IMG/VR virus record: IMGVR_UViG_3300016478_000063
Coordinates: 1-64,000 of that record
Length of the DNA: 64,000 nt
Strand: one strand, 5' to 3'
Source of the DNA: a virus
Taxonomy: Duplodnaviria; Caudoviricetes
Below are positions 36,112-46,292 of this stretch, in pieces. The notes under the pieces are model-generated. The model saw only the letters and a list, made by a program, of their open reading frames with translations, was not told where the DNA came from and made no database searches. Numbering within the stretch: position 1 is the first letter of the stretch; each line of letters starts with the position of its first letter. Both the position numbers and the translations under genes were made by a program.

Positions 36112-36348
36112 TTGGTTACGACAAGTGGGTTATTTCCTTTGAGTATTCTATCATTCAACAAGCCTAAGAAAACACGGCTACAAGAAATCTTGGAAGATGT
36201 TAATAAATATGAAGAAGTTGTGTTGAAAAGTGTTATGGATTTTCATACATACTCTCCATATCAGAAGCAAGAGCTATACAATTCTCTTGCACAGTTTAAC
36301 ATCAGCATTCTGAAGCAGTTGGTTGCTTATAAACAAGAGGAGAATTGA
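36112..36348 (+). CDS. Hypothetical protein
   Basis: ORF overlapping next start; start uncertain. Confidence 0.55.
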   Translation: MVTTSGLFPLSILSFNKPKKTRLQEILEDVNKYEEVVLKSVMDFHTYSPYQKQELYNSLAQFNISILKQLVAYKQEEN

Positions 36349-37271
36349 TTTTGAATGATTGGCAACTAGAAGCACTAAAACTACGGGCGCTAGGTTGGAG
36401 TAGTCGTAAGATTGGGGACACCCTGAAGAAAGGTAAATCTACAGTCAATGATCTGTTTAAGCGTCTGGATTCAAAACCAGAAGTAACTCATTTTAATTTT
36501 CTTGGTAATCAAGAACAAAACAAAGCAAAGATTCTTGTTCTAGATATTGAAACTAAATACATGCTTATGGAAGGTTGGGGGCTGTTCAATCAGAACTTCT
36601 CTGTAGATCAGATTGCAGAAGATTGGAGTATTTTGTCTTATTCAGCTAAGTGGTATGATTCTGACGAAGTGATGTACTCTGACGTTACAGAGAAAACTGA
36701 GGATGGTTTGCTTCAAGAGCTACACGATCTTTTAGACAAAGCTGACTTTGCGATTGCCCACAACGGCAGACGCTTCGACTTGAAAAAGATTCGAGCGAGA
36801 ATGGTTACTCGTGGATTCAAGCCTTACAGTCCCGTGCGTGTGATTGATACCCTTGAGATTGCTAAGACAGAGTTTGCCTTTACAAGTAACAAGCTTCTAT
36901 ACCTAACTCGTTTGCTATGTCGTAAGCATCAGAAGTCAAGCCATGCTAAGTTTGCAGGCCATTCCTTGTGGAAAGAGTTTGTCAAGGGGAATCCTGAAGC
37001 GATTCAAGAGATGCGTGAATACAACATTATTGACGTTGTGTCTCTGCAAGAGCTTTACGATATTATCGCTCCGTGGAGTAGTAAACTGCCTGTGTTTGAG
37101 ATGTACAATGATGAAATTAACCTTGACAACTGGGAACAAGATGGGTATCATTATTCTAATCTAGGCAAGTATGTTCGTTACCGTCATAAAGTCACTGGAC
37201 AATATCGACGTGGACGTACTAATCTTCTAGATAAAGATCAGAAGGTTAACCTGTTGGCTAATATTGTGTAA
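36345..37271 (+). CDS. DnaQ/RNase H-like 3'-5' exonuclease with N-terminal HTH
   Basis: LVLDIET, AHNGRRFD, IDTLE, YNIIDV; N-terminal LRALGWSSRKIG...GKSTV HTH. Confidence 0.82.
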   Translation: MILNDWQLEALKLRALGWSSRKIGDTLKKGKSTVNDLFKRLDSKPEVTHFNFLGNQEQNKAKILVLDIETKYMLMEGWGLFNQNFSVDQIAEDWSILSYSAKWYDSDEVMYSDVTEKTEDGLLQELHDLLDKADFAIAHNGRRFDLKKIRARMVTRGFKPYSPVRVIDTLEIAKTEFAFTSNKLLYLTRLLCRKHQKSSHAKFAGHSLWKEFVKGNPEAIQEMREYNIIDVVSLQELYDIIAPWSSKLPVFEMYNDEINLDNWEQDGYHYSNLGKYVRYRHKVTGQYRRGRTNLLDKDQKVNLLANIV

Positions 37272-37860
37272 GGAGGAAGATATGGAAGAAGAACTAGATG
37301 CTAATTTTGAATGCGACTATTCCCTTGAAATTGGCGATGTAGTGCTCATTCAAAATTCAGGGCACGGTTTTATCAAACGAGATGTTGGTAAATATGTTGA
37401 GGTGATTGGGGAAGGTAGCTACTTTGGTGAAGATGGTGTGATGGTGACAGCATACGATAAGCCGCTTGAAACTGTTGAATACGGAGATGTCGATGGTGTT
37501 GTAGGTTATGGCACCTTCGGTACTAAGCCAATGATTCTTCTGAATACCAATGAGGAGCATGTAGTAGACCCAGAGCATGTAGCTGTAGCTAAGGGAAGTA
37601 AGGAAGAAGTAGACAAGGCTCTGGGGATTGATAGACTAGTACATAAACCAAAACACTACTCCCTTTTTGAAGATGTAGAAGCGATTGAAGTGATTGCTCG
37701 TAGCCTCACTAAAGAACAGTTCCGTGGGTATTGCTTTGGCAATCTGCTCAAATATCGGCTTCGTTGCGGTAAAAAGGATAGTGTAGAGCAGGAGTTGGCT
37801 AAGGCTGATAAGTATAAGGAGTTATACGAAAAGTATAAAGGTCTTTGTCACAATGAATAA
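37264..37860 (+). CDS. DUF3310-domain protein
   Basis: VHKPKHY...EAIEVI...GYCFGNLLKYRLRCGKK. Confidence 0.8.
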   Translation: MCKEEDMEEELDANFECDYSLEIGDVVLIQNSGHGFIKRDVGKYVEVIGEGSYFGEDGVMVTAYDKPLETVEYGDVDGVVGYGTFGTKPMILLNTNEEHVVDPEHVAVAKGSKEEVDKALGIDRLVHKPKHYSLFEDVEAIEVIARSLTKEQFRGYCFGNLLKYRLRCGKKDSVEQELAKADKYKELYEKYKGLCHNE

Positions 37861-38377
37861 GATTGTTGCAATAGATGTTGATGAAACAGTGGTGGATGTA
37901 CTTCCGGTCTGGAATAGGTGGTGTTCAGCATTCTTTGGTAAGATTTACATCGGAGATGAATATGACCTCTGTAAGATTTATGGGGAGGAGGCTATGACAT
38001 TCTGGTCTACTCCTTTCCTATACCAGAAGTTGACACCAAAGCCTGATGCTGTAGAATACATAACTAAACTTCACAACGAAGGATTTGAAATTGGGTTTGT
38101 CACTTACTGCAAGAAGGCCCACTTGTCTTCCAAATGTAAGATGATTAAGAAGTATTTTCCCTTCTACAAATTCATCCAAGCAACAAAAGAGAAGCATTAT
38201 ACAAGGTGCGATTATTTTATTGATGATCGTATCAAGTACCTGTTTAAACAACCAGAAAATGTTAAGTGTATTAGGATTGACACACCGTATACACAAGACT
38301 ATTATGAAACCGAAAGGGAGATTCTGGTAGCAAAAGATTGGAAAGAAATTTACAATATTATTAAGGAGACAAAGTGA
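37853..38377 (+). CDS. 5'(3')-deoxyribonucleotidase (HAD/NT5C-like)
   Basis: AIDVDET motif I; FIDD motif IV. Confidence 0.8.
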   Translation: MNKIVAIDVDETVVDVLPVWNRWCSAFFGKIYIGDEYDLCKIYGEEAMTFWSTPFLYQKLTPKPDAVEYITKLHNEGFEIGFVTYCKKAHLSSKCKMIKKYFPFYKFIQATKEKHYTRCDYFIDDRIKYLFKQPENVKCIRIDTPYTQDYYETEREILVAKDWKEIYNIIKETK

Positions 38378-38850
38378 GTAAAGAAAGTGTAAAGCGTTTT
38401 AATTGTGTAGCCGGTAATCCACCCTCTCAAGGCGATCTTTGGGAAGTATGGAAACAACTGAAAATGCAAGCAAAACTTATTCGTGAAGAGGGACTTGAGA
38501 TTTTTGAAGCTACAGAAAATGAAGACTTTGAAAATCTAATCAAGGAAACAATGGATGTTAAATATGTCCTCACTTACATGGAACAACTGCTTGAAGCATT
38601 TGGTGTAAATGTTGTTGAAGCATTCAATCAAGTGTGTAACAATAATGACCAGAAACTGACACAAAGTTATCTGTACGCTTCTGATAGCAAAGAAGCTCTT
38701 GAAGATAAAGGAATCACTTGCTATGTAGAAGAAACCAATTATAATGGTGAAACGTGGTACACAGTGCGAGACGACAGCGGTAAAGTTCGTAAACTAAAGC
38801 ATTACCAGTCTTGTGATCTGTCCCATCTTGTACCGCAAGAATTCCGTTAG
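38374..38850 (+). CDS. MazG-like NTP pyrophosphohydrolase
   Basis: IREEGLE...LIKETMDVKYV ExxE/ExxD pattern; VCNNND.K. Confidence 0.7.
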   Translation: MSKESVKRFNCVAGNPPSQGDLWEVWKQLKMQAKLIREEGLEIFEATENEDFENLIKETMDVKYVLTYMEQLLEAFGVNVVEAFNQVCNNNDQKLTQSYLYASDSKEALEDKGITCYVEETNYNGETWYTVRDDSGKVRKLKHYQSCDLSHLVPQEFR

Positions 38851-38867
38851 TTTGTAAGGAGGAAAGA

Positions 38868-39050
38868 ATGCTAACAGGTATCGTGCCTACAGGACGCACC
38901 AAAGAAGATTGGCGTCCTTACATTAAAACAGAGCGTGACTTCAAGTTGGCAGTAGACAGTGGGTTGGCTTGGGTGGTGTTCAAAGACTTCCCTTTTAGCT
39001 GGGCAGATTGTAAGAAAATCATTGAAGAGGAGAAAGAGAAAAGTGAGTAA
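38868..39050 (+). CDS. Hypothetical protein
   Basis: AAGGAGG RBS. Confidence 0.7.
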   Translation: MLTGIVPTGRTKEDWRPYIKTERDFKLAVDSGLAWVVFKDFPFSWADCKKIIEEEKEKSE

Positions 39051-39140
39051 AGAGTTTGGTGTACGTTCTCTACCAACAAGCCTTATCGTTAGTATGGTTG
39101 TTGGGGATAAATATAAAGAAATTAAGGAGGCTTTGGAATA

Positions 39141-40013
39141 ATGGGTATTAGTGCAAAAGTTATCGCTGACAGTAAATATCGTGATACACGACTGATTACT
39201 CTGGAGATTGAGCTACACCGCTTCATTCTTCCTGAAGCAAACACTCACAAAGCTCTTAGCCGTAATTATCAAAGCAGCCGAGCGATTCCGATTCTTCGTC
39301 AGCTAGAGCAGATTGCAAATGATCCAGCTATGCCCGTATATTATGGGAAAGATCAAGCAGGAATGATTGCAGGTGAAGAACTGGAAGGTCGTGATCTTGA
39401 GCTTGCGAAGATGATTATTCTTGGTATGCGTGACGCCTGCTTGAACGGGGTTAAGCAGCTTCATAAGCTTGGTCTGCACAAGCAAGTGAGTAATCGCTAT
39501 GTTGAACCTTGGATGTGGACGAAAGGTGTTATTACAGCTACACACGAACACTTTAAAGCTATGTTCAGGCTCCGCAGACACTTTGCAGCACAACCAGAGA
39601 TTAAAGCTATTTTTGATGCAATTTACGAAGCTGTTAAAGCAAGTAAGCCTGTAGAACTTAAAGCTGGTGAATGGCATACCCCTTATTATGATCTAGGGTT
39701 TTGGCTTAAGGATTCTATTTACACAAAGAATGCACTAAAAGAGGCAATTCAAATCAGTGCGAGCTGTGTAGCACAAGTGAGCTACCGCAAGCTAGACGAT
39801 TCTCTTGAGAAAGCTACAAAGGTTTATGATATGCTAAATCTTCCTGTAGATGGTGTATATCCCGATGATCCTCCACATTTTAGCCCAACAGAGCATATTG
39901 CTAAAGCTGGTGATTGTGACATTGAAATGAGTGGTAACTTCCACAGTAATGACTTTATTCAGTACCGTAAGGTGCTTGAGAAAGGTCTTGAGAAAAAGTA
40001 TATTGGAGGGTAG
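39141..40013 (+). CDS. thyX: Flavin-dependent thymidylate synthase (ThyX-like)
   Basis: EANTHKALSRNYQSSRAIP, HKQVSNRYVEPW, AQPEI, HFSPTEH. Confidence 0.75.
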   Translation: MGISAKVIADSKYRDTRLITLEIELHRFILPEANTHKALSRNYQSSRAIPILRQLEQIANDPAMPVYYGKDQAGMIAGEELEGRDLELAKMIILGMRDACLNGVKQLHKLGLHKQVSNRYVEPWMWTKGVITATHEHFKAMFRLRRHFAAQPEIKAIFDAIYEAVKASKPVELKAGEWHTPYYDLGFWLKDSIYTKNALKEAIQISASCVAQVSYRKLDDSLEKATKVYDMLNLPVDGVYPDDPPHFSPTEHIAKAGDCDIEMSGNFHSNDFIQYRKVLEKGLEKKYIGG

Positions 40014-40014
40014 T

Positions 40015-40197
40015 ATGATTACAAATGAACGGAAAGGTGAGCTGATGGCTGAGTTTGAGTACAGTGTTAATCGCTACCTAGACAAACAGTGGGTTATTTC
40101 CGACATAATTTCTAATATTGCCGAGGACGAAGAGGAAACTCGTTTCATGAACAATCTGAATTATTATTTCGCTGTACTTTTGCCGGAGGAGAACTAA
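40015..40197 (+). CDS. Hypothetical protein
   Basis: GGAGG RBS before ATG 40015. Confidence 0.6.
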   Translation: MITNERKGELMAEFEYSVNRYLDKQWVISDIISNIAEDEEETRFMNNLNYYFAVLLPEEN

Positions 40198-40379
40198 AAT
40201 GTACGACAAATCGGCATGGTTGTTTGATCTTCACAACATGTTTAAAGTTAGAGATAAACTCACTAGTGAGCAATCTTATCGTCGTATTATTGATGGCATC
40301 CTAGAGTTTGAAGAGATTTTTGATGAAGGGCTTTCGGCACAAGAGGCTTATGATGAGTTTTGGAATTAAGGAGTAAAAT

Positions 40380-40781
40380 ATGACACCAAGGAATCTAAGT
40401 TTCCGGGATTTGGCGAAAGTGCCAAACGCTGTAAAAATTATGCAAAATGGTAACAAAGATGAGCTTGATAATCTTCTGTATCAGTATGGTTATGATGTTC
40501 GTGTTGGATACGAGATTGAAAATAAATACCATCGCCCTCTGACAAGCAACGAAGTTGTATTTGGGCCTTATATTATGGGGTTTGAGCGTCAAGATAAAGA
40601 GTGGATTGAAAGTGGATTTGCCAGCCTTGAAGCTAAGATTGAAGCTATTAAAGACCCCCATCTTCGGGAGGATTTGGTTCAGATGAATCGTACAGGCAGC
40701 AGTGATAAGACATTCCAAAATGAAGACACAGCAAAGGCTGTTCTTCGTAACGAAACAAGTAAGCACCAGAAAACGCAATAA
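40380..40781 (+). CDS. Hypothetical protein
   Basis: AAGGAG RBS. Confidence 0.75.
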   Translation: MTPRNLSFRDLAKVPNAVKIMQNGNKDELDNLLYQYGYDVRVGYEIENKYHRPLTSNEVVFGPYIMGFERQDKEWIESGFASLEAKIEAIKDPHLREDLVQMNRTGSSDKTFQNEDTAKAVLRNETSKHQKTQ

Positions 40782-40798
40782 GAAAGAGGAGACAGAAA

Positions 40799-42979
40799 TT
40801 GCTATCAAGTGTAGTTAAAAATGATGGAACGGTTGAAGATTTTAGTGCAGAAAAACTAAATAAGTGGGCGCAGTATGCAACTAAGACTGGAGGCAACTGG
40901 TCTGAAATTGCGATGGAGACTTACAAACGTCTTCCACAAATAGCTAAAGCGTCTGATATTCATCAAATGATGATTAACGTCTGTCTGGATAAAGAAGATA
41001 TTAACTATTCTCGTATTGCAGCCCGCTTGGAACAAGCCAGTCTGCGTAAAAATATGGAGAGGCTTCTCGGTGTAAGTGATCGTGGAAGTTTTAAGGATAT
41101 TTTTAACGCGATGATTGAATCTGGGATTTGGTGTAAAAACACCCTTCCAGAGTATAACCCAGAGTGGGAAAAGTGGTATGAGGTTATCTACCCAACTAAG
41201 CTTGAGTATTGGCAGATCGTTCAGTGGGGTGATAAGTATTCTCTGCGGTATAAAGGGCTACCGATTGAAACCCCTCACGTTGGGGTGATGGGGATTGGTC
41301 TTGGTTTGCACGGAGACACCAAAGATGCTCGTGATCTGATTGAAGCTGTAATTACAGGGAAGGTAAATCTACCCACGCCAGCCCTTAATGGGATACGTAA
41401 CGGAGATTTTGATACCATTAGTTGTTGTATTATCACAGGAGGGGATTCTGTAGACAGCATTGGTGTGGCAGAACACATTGCTTATAAGATGACTGCAAAG
41501 AAAGCCGGTATTGGAATTGAGTTTGATACTCGGTCTAAGGGTTCTCCCGTTAAAGGTGGTGCCGTGGATCATCTTGGTAAGCACAGCATCTACAGCACCC
41601 TAGACAAAGCAGTAAAGATGTTCACGCAAGTAACGAGGGGTGGGAGTGCTACTGTTACTTTCAAGTGTATTGATCCTGAAGTTGAAAGTATTGTTATGTG
41701 GAAAACCCAACGTGTAGATATTGAAACTCGTTTGGATAAGATGGACTACAGCTTTGCTTACAACAACGCTTTCCTCCAAGCTGTTATCAAGGACGAAGAT
41801 TGGTATTTGTTTGATTTAATTGAAAGTCCAAAAATTCATGAGGCTTTCTACACAGCCAAGGCAGAAGAATATAATGCTTTGGTGAAACATGAACTACAAT
41901 CAGGTAAAAAGAGCAAGAAGGTAAAGGCTCGTGATGTTCTGCGTAGTGTGTTGATTGCCCGAAACGAAACAGGCCGTGTTTACTCCATTAACGTAACTCG
42001 TGTGAATGAACATACTCCATTTATTGACATTGTGCGTCTGTCAAATTTATGTCAGGAAGTGACGCTGCCAACAAAACCTTACGTCAATATGCCGGATTTG
42101 TATTCTGAGCAAAGCGAGGGAGAGACAGCTTTTTGTAGTTTAGCTGCCTGTAACGTAGGGAAGCTGGAGCTAACTGAATATCCACATTATACTGAAGTGG
42201 CTCTTAGGGCTGTGGATAAGATGATTGATCTTGCTCCTGCGATGACACCTTCAATGAAGAAGTCAATCACATCCCGGCGATCTGCTGGTATTGGTATTAT
42301 GGGTTTGGCCGGGGCTTTGTACAATAATGGGATGGATTATGATGGGTCAGAGGAGAGCTTGGCGTTTGTAAGTAAAATTGCAGAACACCACTACTTCTAC
42401 TTGCTCAAGGCTTCACAAAAGCTTGCTGATGAAAGTGGGTACTGTCCTGAAGGTATTGATTTAAACTGGCTTCCTATTGACACACGGATCAATAAATATA
42501 GCCTGACTCTGGACTGGGAATCCCTACGGGGTAAGAAACGCAAGAACTCTGTGCTTGTTGCTCACATGCCAACAGAATCCAGTGCTCTGTTTTCTGACGG
42601 TGCTAACTCTTTGTACCCACCACGTCAAGCGGTGATTAACAAGAAGTCCCGTAAAGGTGTTGTGCAATATATTTGTAAGGAGTGGGATAGCAGCAAGAAG
42701 TTTGCTTGGGATGTTGACAACGTAACACTAAGTCGTTATTATTCTGCCGTACAGGATATGACAGATCAAGCAATCAGTGCTGACTACTACTTTGATCCTA
42801 GCAAGTATGCAGATGAAAAGAAGCCTCTGAGTGAACTCATGAAGGAGTGGGTGGCTCAGGCCAAGTTAGGTAACAAAACGATGTACTACATGAACACACG
42901 TGACTACAATGGTGGTGGTGTTCAAGATGCAATGAAGGCCGAACAATCTGTTGATGATTGCGAAGCTTGTAAGCTTTAA
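40799..42979 (+). CDS. nrdA: Ribonucleotide reductase class Ia alpha subunit
   Basis: ATP-cone-like N-terminus, PTPALNG, SCC, SNLCQE, AHMPTESS, C-terminal CEAC; TTG start after GAGGAG. Confidence 0.93.
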   Translation: MLSSVVKNDGTVEDFSAEKLNKWAQYATKTGGNWSEIAMETYKRLPQIAKASDIHQMMINVCLDKEDINYSRIAARLEQASLRKNMERLLGVSDRGSFKDIFNAMIESGIWCKNTLPEYNPEWEKWYEVIYPTKLEYWQIVQWGDKYSLRYKGLPIETPHVGVMGIGLGLHGDTKDARDLIEAVITGKVNLPTPALNGIRNGDFDTISCCIITGGDSVDSIGVAEHIAYKMTAKKAGIGIEFDTRSKGSPVKGGAVDHLGKHSIYSTLDKAVKMFTQVTRGGSATVTFKCIDPEVESIVMWKTQRVDIETRLDKMDYSFAYNNAFLQAVIKDEDWYLFDLIESPKIHEAFYTAKAEEYNALVKHELQSGKKSKKVKARDVLRSVLIARNETGRVYSINVTRVNEHTPFIDIVRLSNLCQEVTLPTKPYVNMPDLYSEQSEGETAFCSLAACNVGKLELTEYPHYTEVALRAVDKMIDLAPAMTPSMKKSITSRRSAGIGIMGLAGALYNNGMDYDGSEESLAFVSKIAEHHYFYLLKASQKLADESGYCPEGIDLNWLPIDTRINKYSLTLDWESLRGKKRKNSVLVAHMPTESSALFSDGANSLYPPRQAVINKKSRKGVVQYICKEWDSSKKFAWDVDNVTLSRYYSAVQDMTDQAISADYYFDPSKYADEKKPLSELMKEWVAQAKLGNKTMYYMNTRDYNGGGVQDAMKAEQSVDDCEACKL

Positions 42980-42986
42980 TCTTAAC

Positions 42987-43011
42987 GGGGGCTGAAATAT
43001 GCCCCTTTCTT
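42987..43011 (+). terminator. Hairpin/terminator between nrdA and nrdB
   Basis: GGGGC/GCCCC plus TTTCTT. Confidence 0.5.
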
Positions 43012-43021
43012 AATAAAGGAG

Positions 43022-44101
43022 ATGTTTATGGCAGTATTTAATCCGAACAACAAAGGTTATGAAACAAGCAAGTATCCCCTATTTCTTGGGGAAGATTTGG
43101 GACTGTTTGATACAGTTAATTGCGTATACCCAGTGCTTGAAGATTTGTATCAAAAACAAATAAGTCAGATTTGGAACGAGAATGAAATCTCGCTTGTACA
43201 AGATAAGCAAGACATGCTAACTTTGCCGAAAGATACTGTTGATCTGATGGTGAAGACAATCTCATGGCAACACCTTGCTGATTCAGTAGCATCTAAATCT
43301 ATCTCAGGACTTTTGATGCGCTATGTAAGCAACTCAGAGCTTGAGGGGCTGTTGAACTCTTGGTCGTTTTTTGAAACTATCCACGCTCGTGCTTACAGTC
43401 ACATTGTAAAGCAAACCTTTGTAAATCCCAATCAAATGCTGCGAGACACTTATAACAGTGTAGAAACTATTATTCGTAGCGAAGCTATTGTTGCGGCATT
43501 TAATAACCTTGAACAGCTGCCCGTTAATGCAAGCAAAGAGGATAAGCGGGAAGCTATTGCGTTGGCCTTTACAGCCTTGTTTGCACTTGAAGCTATTGCA
43601 TTCATGAGTAGTTTTGCTGTTACGTTCGCAATCACTGAGACTGGCGCATTTCAGGGGATTGGTCAGGAAGTCACTCTTATCGCAAGGGATGAGCTTTTAC
43701 ATACTCGCATGGACTACGCTATTCTTAACATTTTAAAGCAAGACCTAGAGTGGGTAGATTCTTTTACTAAACTTGCACCTAATATCAAGACGGTATTGGA
43801 CAGCGTAGTAAATCAGGAACTTAAATGGGCAGAATACCTTTTTAGCGAGGGTCGTCAAGTAATCGGACTAACTTCTACTCTTCTTAAAGAGTATACACTG
43901 TACATGGCCAAGCCTCTTTATGATGCCCTTGGTATTCAATTTGATTTTGAATCCGTAACAAAGAATCCTTGTCCTTACATGGATAAGTATATTGACAGCA
44001 CTAAAATCCAAGTAGCACCACAAGAACTGCAAATTACATCTTATAAGATTGGTTCTGTTAAAGATGATACAGAAAACCTCGATCTTGATTTTGATCTATA
44101 G
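43022..44101 (+). CDS. nrdB: Ribonucleotide reductase class Ia beta subunit
   Basis: ETIHARAY, LEAIAFMSSF, IARDELLH, PQELQITSY. Confidence 0.93.
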   Translation: MFMAVFNPNNKGYETSKYPLFLGEDLGLFDTVNCVYPVLEDLYQKQISQIWNENEISLVQDKQDMLTLPKDTVDLMVKTISWQHLADSVASKSISGLLMRYVSNSELEGLLNSWSFFETIHARAYSHIVKQTFVNPNQMLRDTYNSVETIIRSEAIVAAFNNLEQLPVNASKEDKREAIALAFTALFALEAIAFMSSFAVTFAITETGAFQGIGQEVTLIARDELLHTRMDYAILNILKQDLEWVDSFTKLAPNIKTVLDSVVNQELKWAEYLFSEGRQVIGLTSTLLKEYTLYMAKPLYDALGIQFDFESVTKNPCPYMDKYIDSTKIQVAPQELQITSYKIGSVKDDTENLDLDFDL

Positions 44102-44106
44102 GGGCA

Positions 44107-44370
44107 ATGATGAGTTTTATTATCTACAGTAAAGACAACTGCACATACTGCGTGCAAGCAAAGAACCTCCTTTCACAAAAAGGGTTGATGTTTGAAGAGA
44201 TGAAAATAGGGCAAGATATTTCACGGGACGACTTCTTCTTGCTATACCAAGAACGTGACTTGCCGGTTCCTCGTACAGTACCTCAAATCTTTTTTGAAGA
44301 TGAGAACGGTGTAACGTATGTTGGTGGGTTTGATCAACTGAAGAAATATTTGCTTGACAAGACAACCTGA
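44107..44370 (+). CDS. Glutaredoxin
   Basis: CTYC, TVPQIF, VGGFDQL. Confidence 0.92.
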   Translation: MMSFIIYSKDNCTYCVQAKNLLSQKGLMFEEMKIGQDISRDDFFLLYQERDLPVPRTVPQIFFEDENGVTYVGGFDQLKKYLLDKTT

Positions 44371-44384
44371 CTAACCTATTCTGA

Positions 44385-44423
44385 CCCCACTAGCGCAGGA
44401 ATGTGTTGGTGGGGCTTTTCTTT
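44385..44423 (+). terminator. Rho-independent terminator
   Basis: CCCCAC/GTGGGG plus CTTTTCTTT; preceded by TTGACA-17-TATTCT (44354-44382). Confidence 0.6.
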
Positions 44424-44589
44424 ATCTGGAGGGTTCATGTACAATCTAAGCGACTACATTCCCTACACCGGACAAACCATCTCAGGTACTCACAAAGTGC
44501 TTGCATGGAATAAACAAACGGGGTACTATTTCACAGAAGCCGGATTTTGTATTCTGGACACTAAATTGATTGCTATGGAGGATAAATAA
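44401..44589 (+). CDS. Small hypothetical protein (start probably MYNL)
   Basis: GGAGG RBS before the internal ATG. Confidence 0.55.
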   Translation: MCWWGFSLSGGFMYNLSDYIPYTGQTISGTHKVLAWNKQTGYYFTEAGFCILDTKLIAMEDK

Positions 44590-44877
44590 ATGAAACCACT
44601 AATCGCTGCCCTTGCTCTTGTATCTTTCTCTGTAATGGCTGAAGAAGATATTTGCCTTGAGCGGGCTTATAAACCTGCTTATCGTATTATGCAAGCCCGT
44701 CAAGTTGGAATCCCTATGCCAGAAGTAATGGCTACTGCCCCTACTGATCTGTGGAAGCAAATCATTATCCGTGCTTATCAGCAAGCACAGTATATGGGAG
44801 ATGAATACCGTGAACGTGTAAGTAAAGAGTTTGCTAATGAAATCTACATGCTTTGTCTTACTTATAAAGAAGCATAA
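44590..44877 (+). CDS. Putative exported protein
   Basis: Sec-type signal MKPLIAALALVSFSVMA; GGAGG RBS. Confidence 0.7.
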   Translation: MKPLIAALALVSFSVMAEEDICLERAYKPAYRIMQARQVGIPMPEVMATAPTDLWKQIIIRAYQQAQYMGDEYRERVSKEFANEIYMLCLTYKEA

Positions 44878-44890
44878 ATCTTAGACAACA

Positions 44891-44932
44891 AAAAGCCCCA
44901 AGGACTACCTATTAAGGCTTTCCAAGGGGCTT
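44891..44932. terminator. Terminator at the convergence of the two large operons
   Basis: AAGCCCC/GGGGCTT stem with A-run on the left (U-tract for minus-strand transcription). Confidence 0.65.
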
Positions 44933-45002
44933 AGTCTCTGAGGAATGTTGGAGCACTTAGTTGTGCCCTCTTATTGTTGTTCTTTATTTAATAGGATAAA
45001 TT

Positions 45003-45596
45003 ATGATTCGTGGTAAAAAGTTAGTTTATGGGGTTGGGATAAACGATGCGGATTATCCCGTAACCAAGTATAGCTTACATGAAGGAAAGAAAGTACAAAC
45101 ATGGGTGTGTCCATTCTATAAAAAGTGGAGAAGTATGTTACAGCGTTGTTATGACCCAAAGAATATCAACAGGCAGCCAGCGTACATCAGTTGCTTTGTA
45201 TGGGAAGGGTGGCACACTTTCTCTAGCTTCAAATCTTGGATGGAACAGCAGGATTGGGAAGGGAAAGAGCTAGACAAAGATTTGCTAGGAGATGGAAAGC
45301 TATACTCCCCTATCAACTGTTGCTTTCTTTCCCCGGATTTGAACAAGTTCTTATTAGATAGATTCGCTGCTAGAGGAGAATATCCGATAGGCGTTTCGTG
45401 GCATAAAAGGAGAAACAAGTTTCAAGCCAGTTGTAAAAATCCTCTTACAAAGTCTCAAGATTATCTCGGACTGTTTTCTTGCCCTAATGAGGCTCACCTT
45501 GCATGGAAGAAGAGAAAAAGAGAGTTAGCTCTTATACTTGCAGACCAACAAAATGATATTAAAATAGCCAATGCACTCCGCTCTTTATTCCTTTAA
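45003..45596 (+). CDS. Free-standing HNH-type homing endonuclease
   Basis: VYGVGINDADY...WEGKELDKDLL...YSPINCCFLS...YPIGV. Confidence 0.88.
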   Translation: MIRGKKLVYGVGINDADYPVTKYSLHEGKKVQTWVCPFYKKWRSMLQRCYDPKNINRQPAYISCFVWEGWHTFSSFKSWMEQQDWEGKELDKDLLGDGKLYSPINCCFLSPDLNKFLLDRFAARGEYPIGVSWHKRRNKFQASCKNPLTKSQDYLGLFSCPNEAHLAWKKRKRELALILADQQNDIKIANALRSLFL

Positions 45597-45950
45597 TTTA
45601 CTTTCTTGACTACTCCCGTTTACTACAGCAGAATTGTTATTTATAATTCTGCTGTTTTCCCTTTTCCTATTTTCTAGGTTTTGTTGTCTAACTTCTAATA
45701 CTTCAATACGTCTAGTTGTGTTCACTTGGTATGAGTCTTGATTACTGGCTACGCGGTTAATCTTATCTTCCAAGTACATAAAATTTGACTGATTAGCTTT
45801 GTTTACTTCCTGCCTTAAATCTTGCAGAGCTATTTCATAGTTTGAAAAATCTGTTCTATAATTGTCATTCTTCAAAAGAATTGTCATTATAGTGACGGCA
45901 AGGAGAAGGAAGGTGCAGTTTACAACTAGGTTTAATGTCTTCCAAAACAA
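45585..45950 (-). CDS. Membrane-anchored coiled-coil protein (lysis cluster)
   Basis: N-terminal TM helix, then coiled coil. Confidence 0.7.
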   Translation of the reverse strand: MFWKTLNLVVNCTFLLLAVTIMTILLKNDNYRTDFSNYEIALQDLRQEVNKANQSNFMYLEDKINRVASNQDSYQVNTTRRIEVLEVRQQNLENRKRENSRIINNNSAVVNGSSQESKLKE

Positions 45951-45977
45951 TTCGCCTTTCCTTCTTTCAATGATTGT

Positions 45978-46292
45978 TTACTTCTTCTCTAGGTAGAATG
46001 TAAGAATCTGTCTAACGTCTGCTCTAACAGCCTCTGTCTGATTTTTTACATCGGCACGGAGGGCTTCATTACCAGCGGTAAGTCTAGTCTCTAGTTCTTT
46101 AAGCTCTTGTTTAGTTACAGAAGTGCGATAAAGCTCTAAAACTTTAGTATTCAGGTCTTTAATTTCTGTTTTATATTCTGCCTTGTCTGCCCAATATTGT
46201 GTTTGGGCAAGAGCCAGCAAGAGCATTAGAAGACCAATAGCAGCCCTCTCAAATAAATTGTTAATGCGGTGATTCGCGTTTTCAATCGCCAT
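45978..46292 (-). CDS. Single-TM protein, possible holin/antiholin
   Basis: TM AAIGLLMLLLALA plus coiled coil; next to spanins. Confidence 0.6.
   Translation of the reverse strand: MAIENANHRINNLFERAAIGLLMLLLALAQTQYWADKAEYKTEIKDLNTKVLELYRTSVTKQELKELETRLTAGNEALRADVKNQTEAVRADVRQILTFYLEKK

Noticed and set aside
40799-44101. Introns or inteins in nrdA/nrdB
   Set aside because: ORFs are continuous and of ordinary length.
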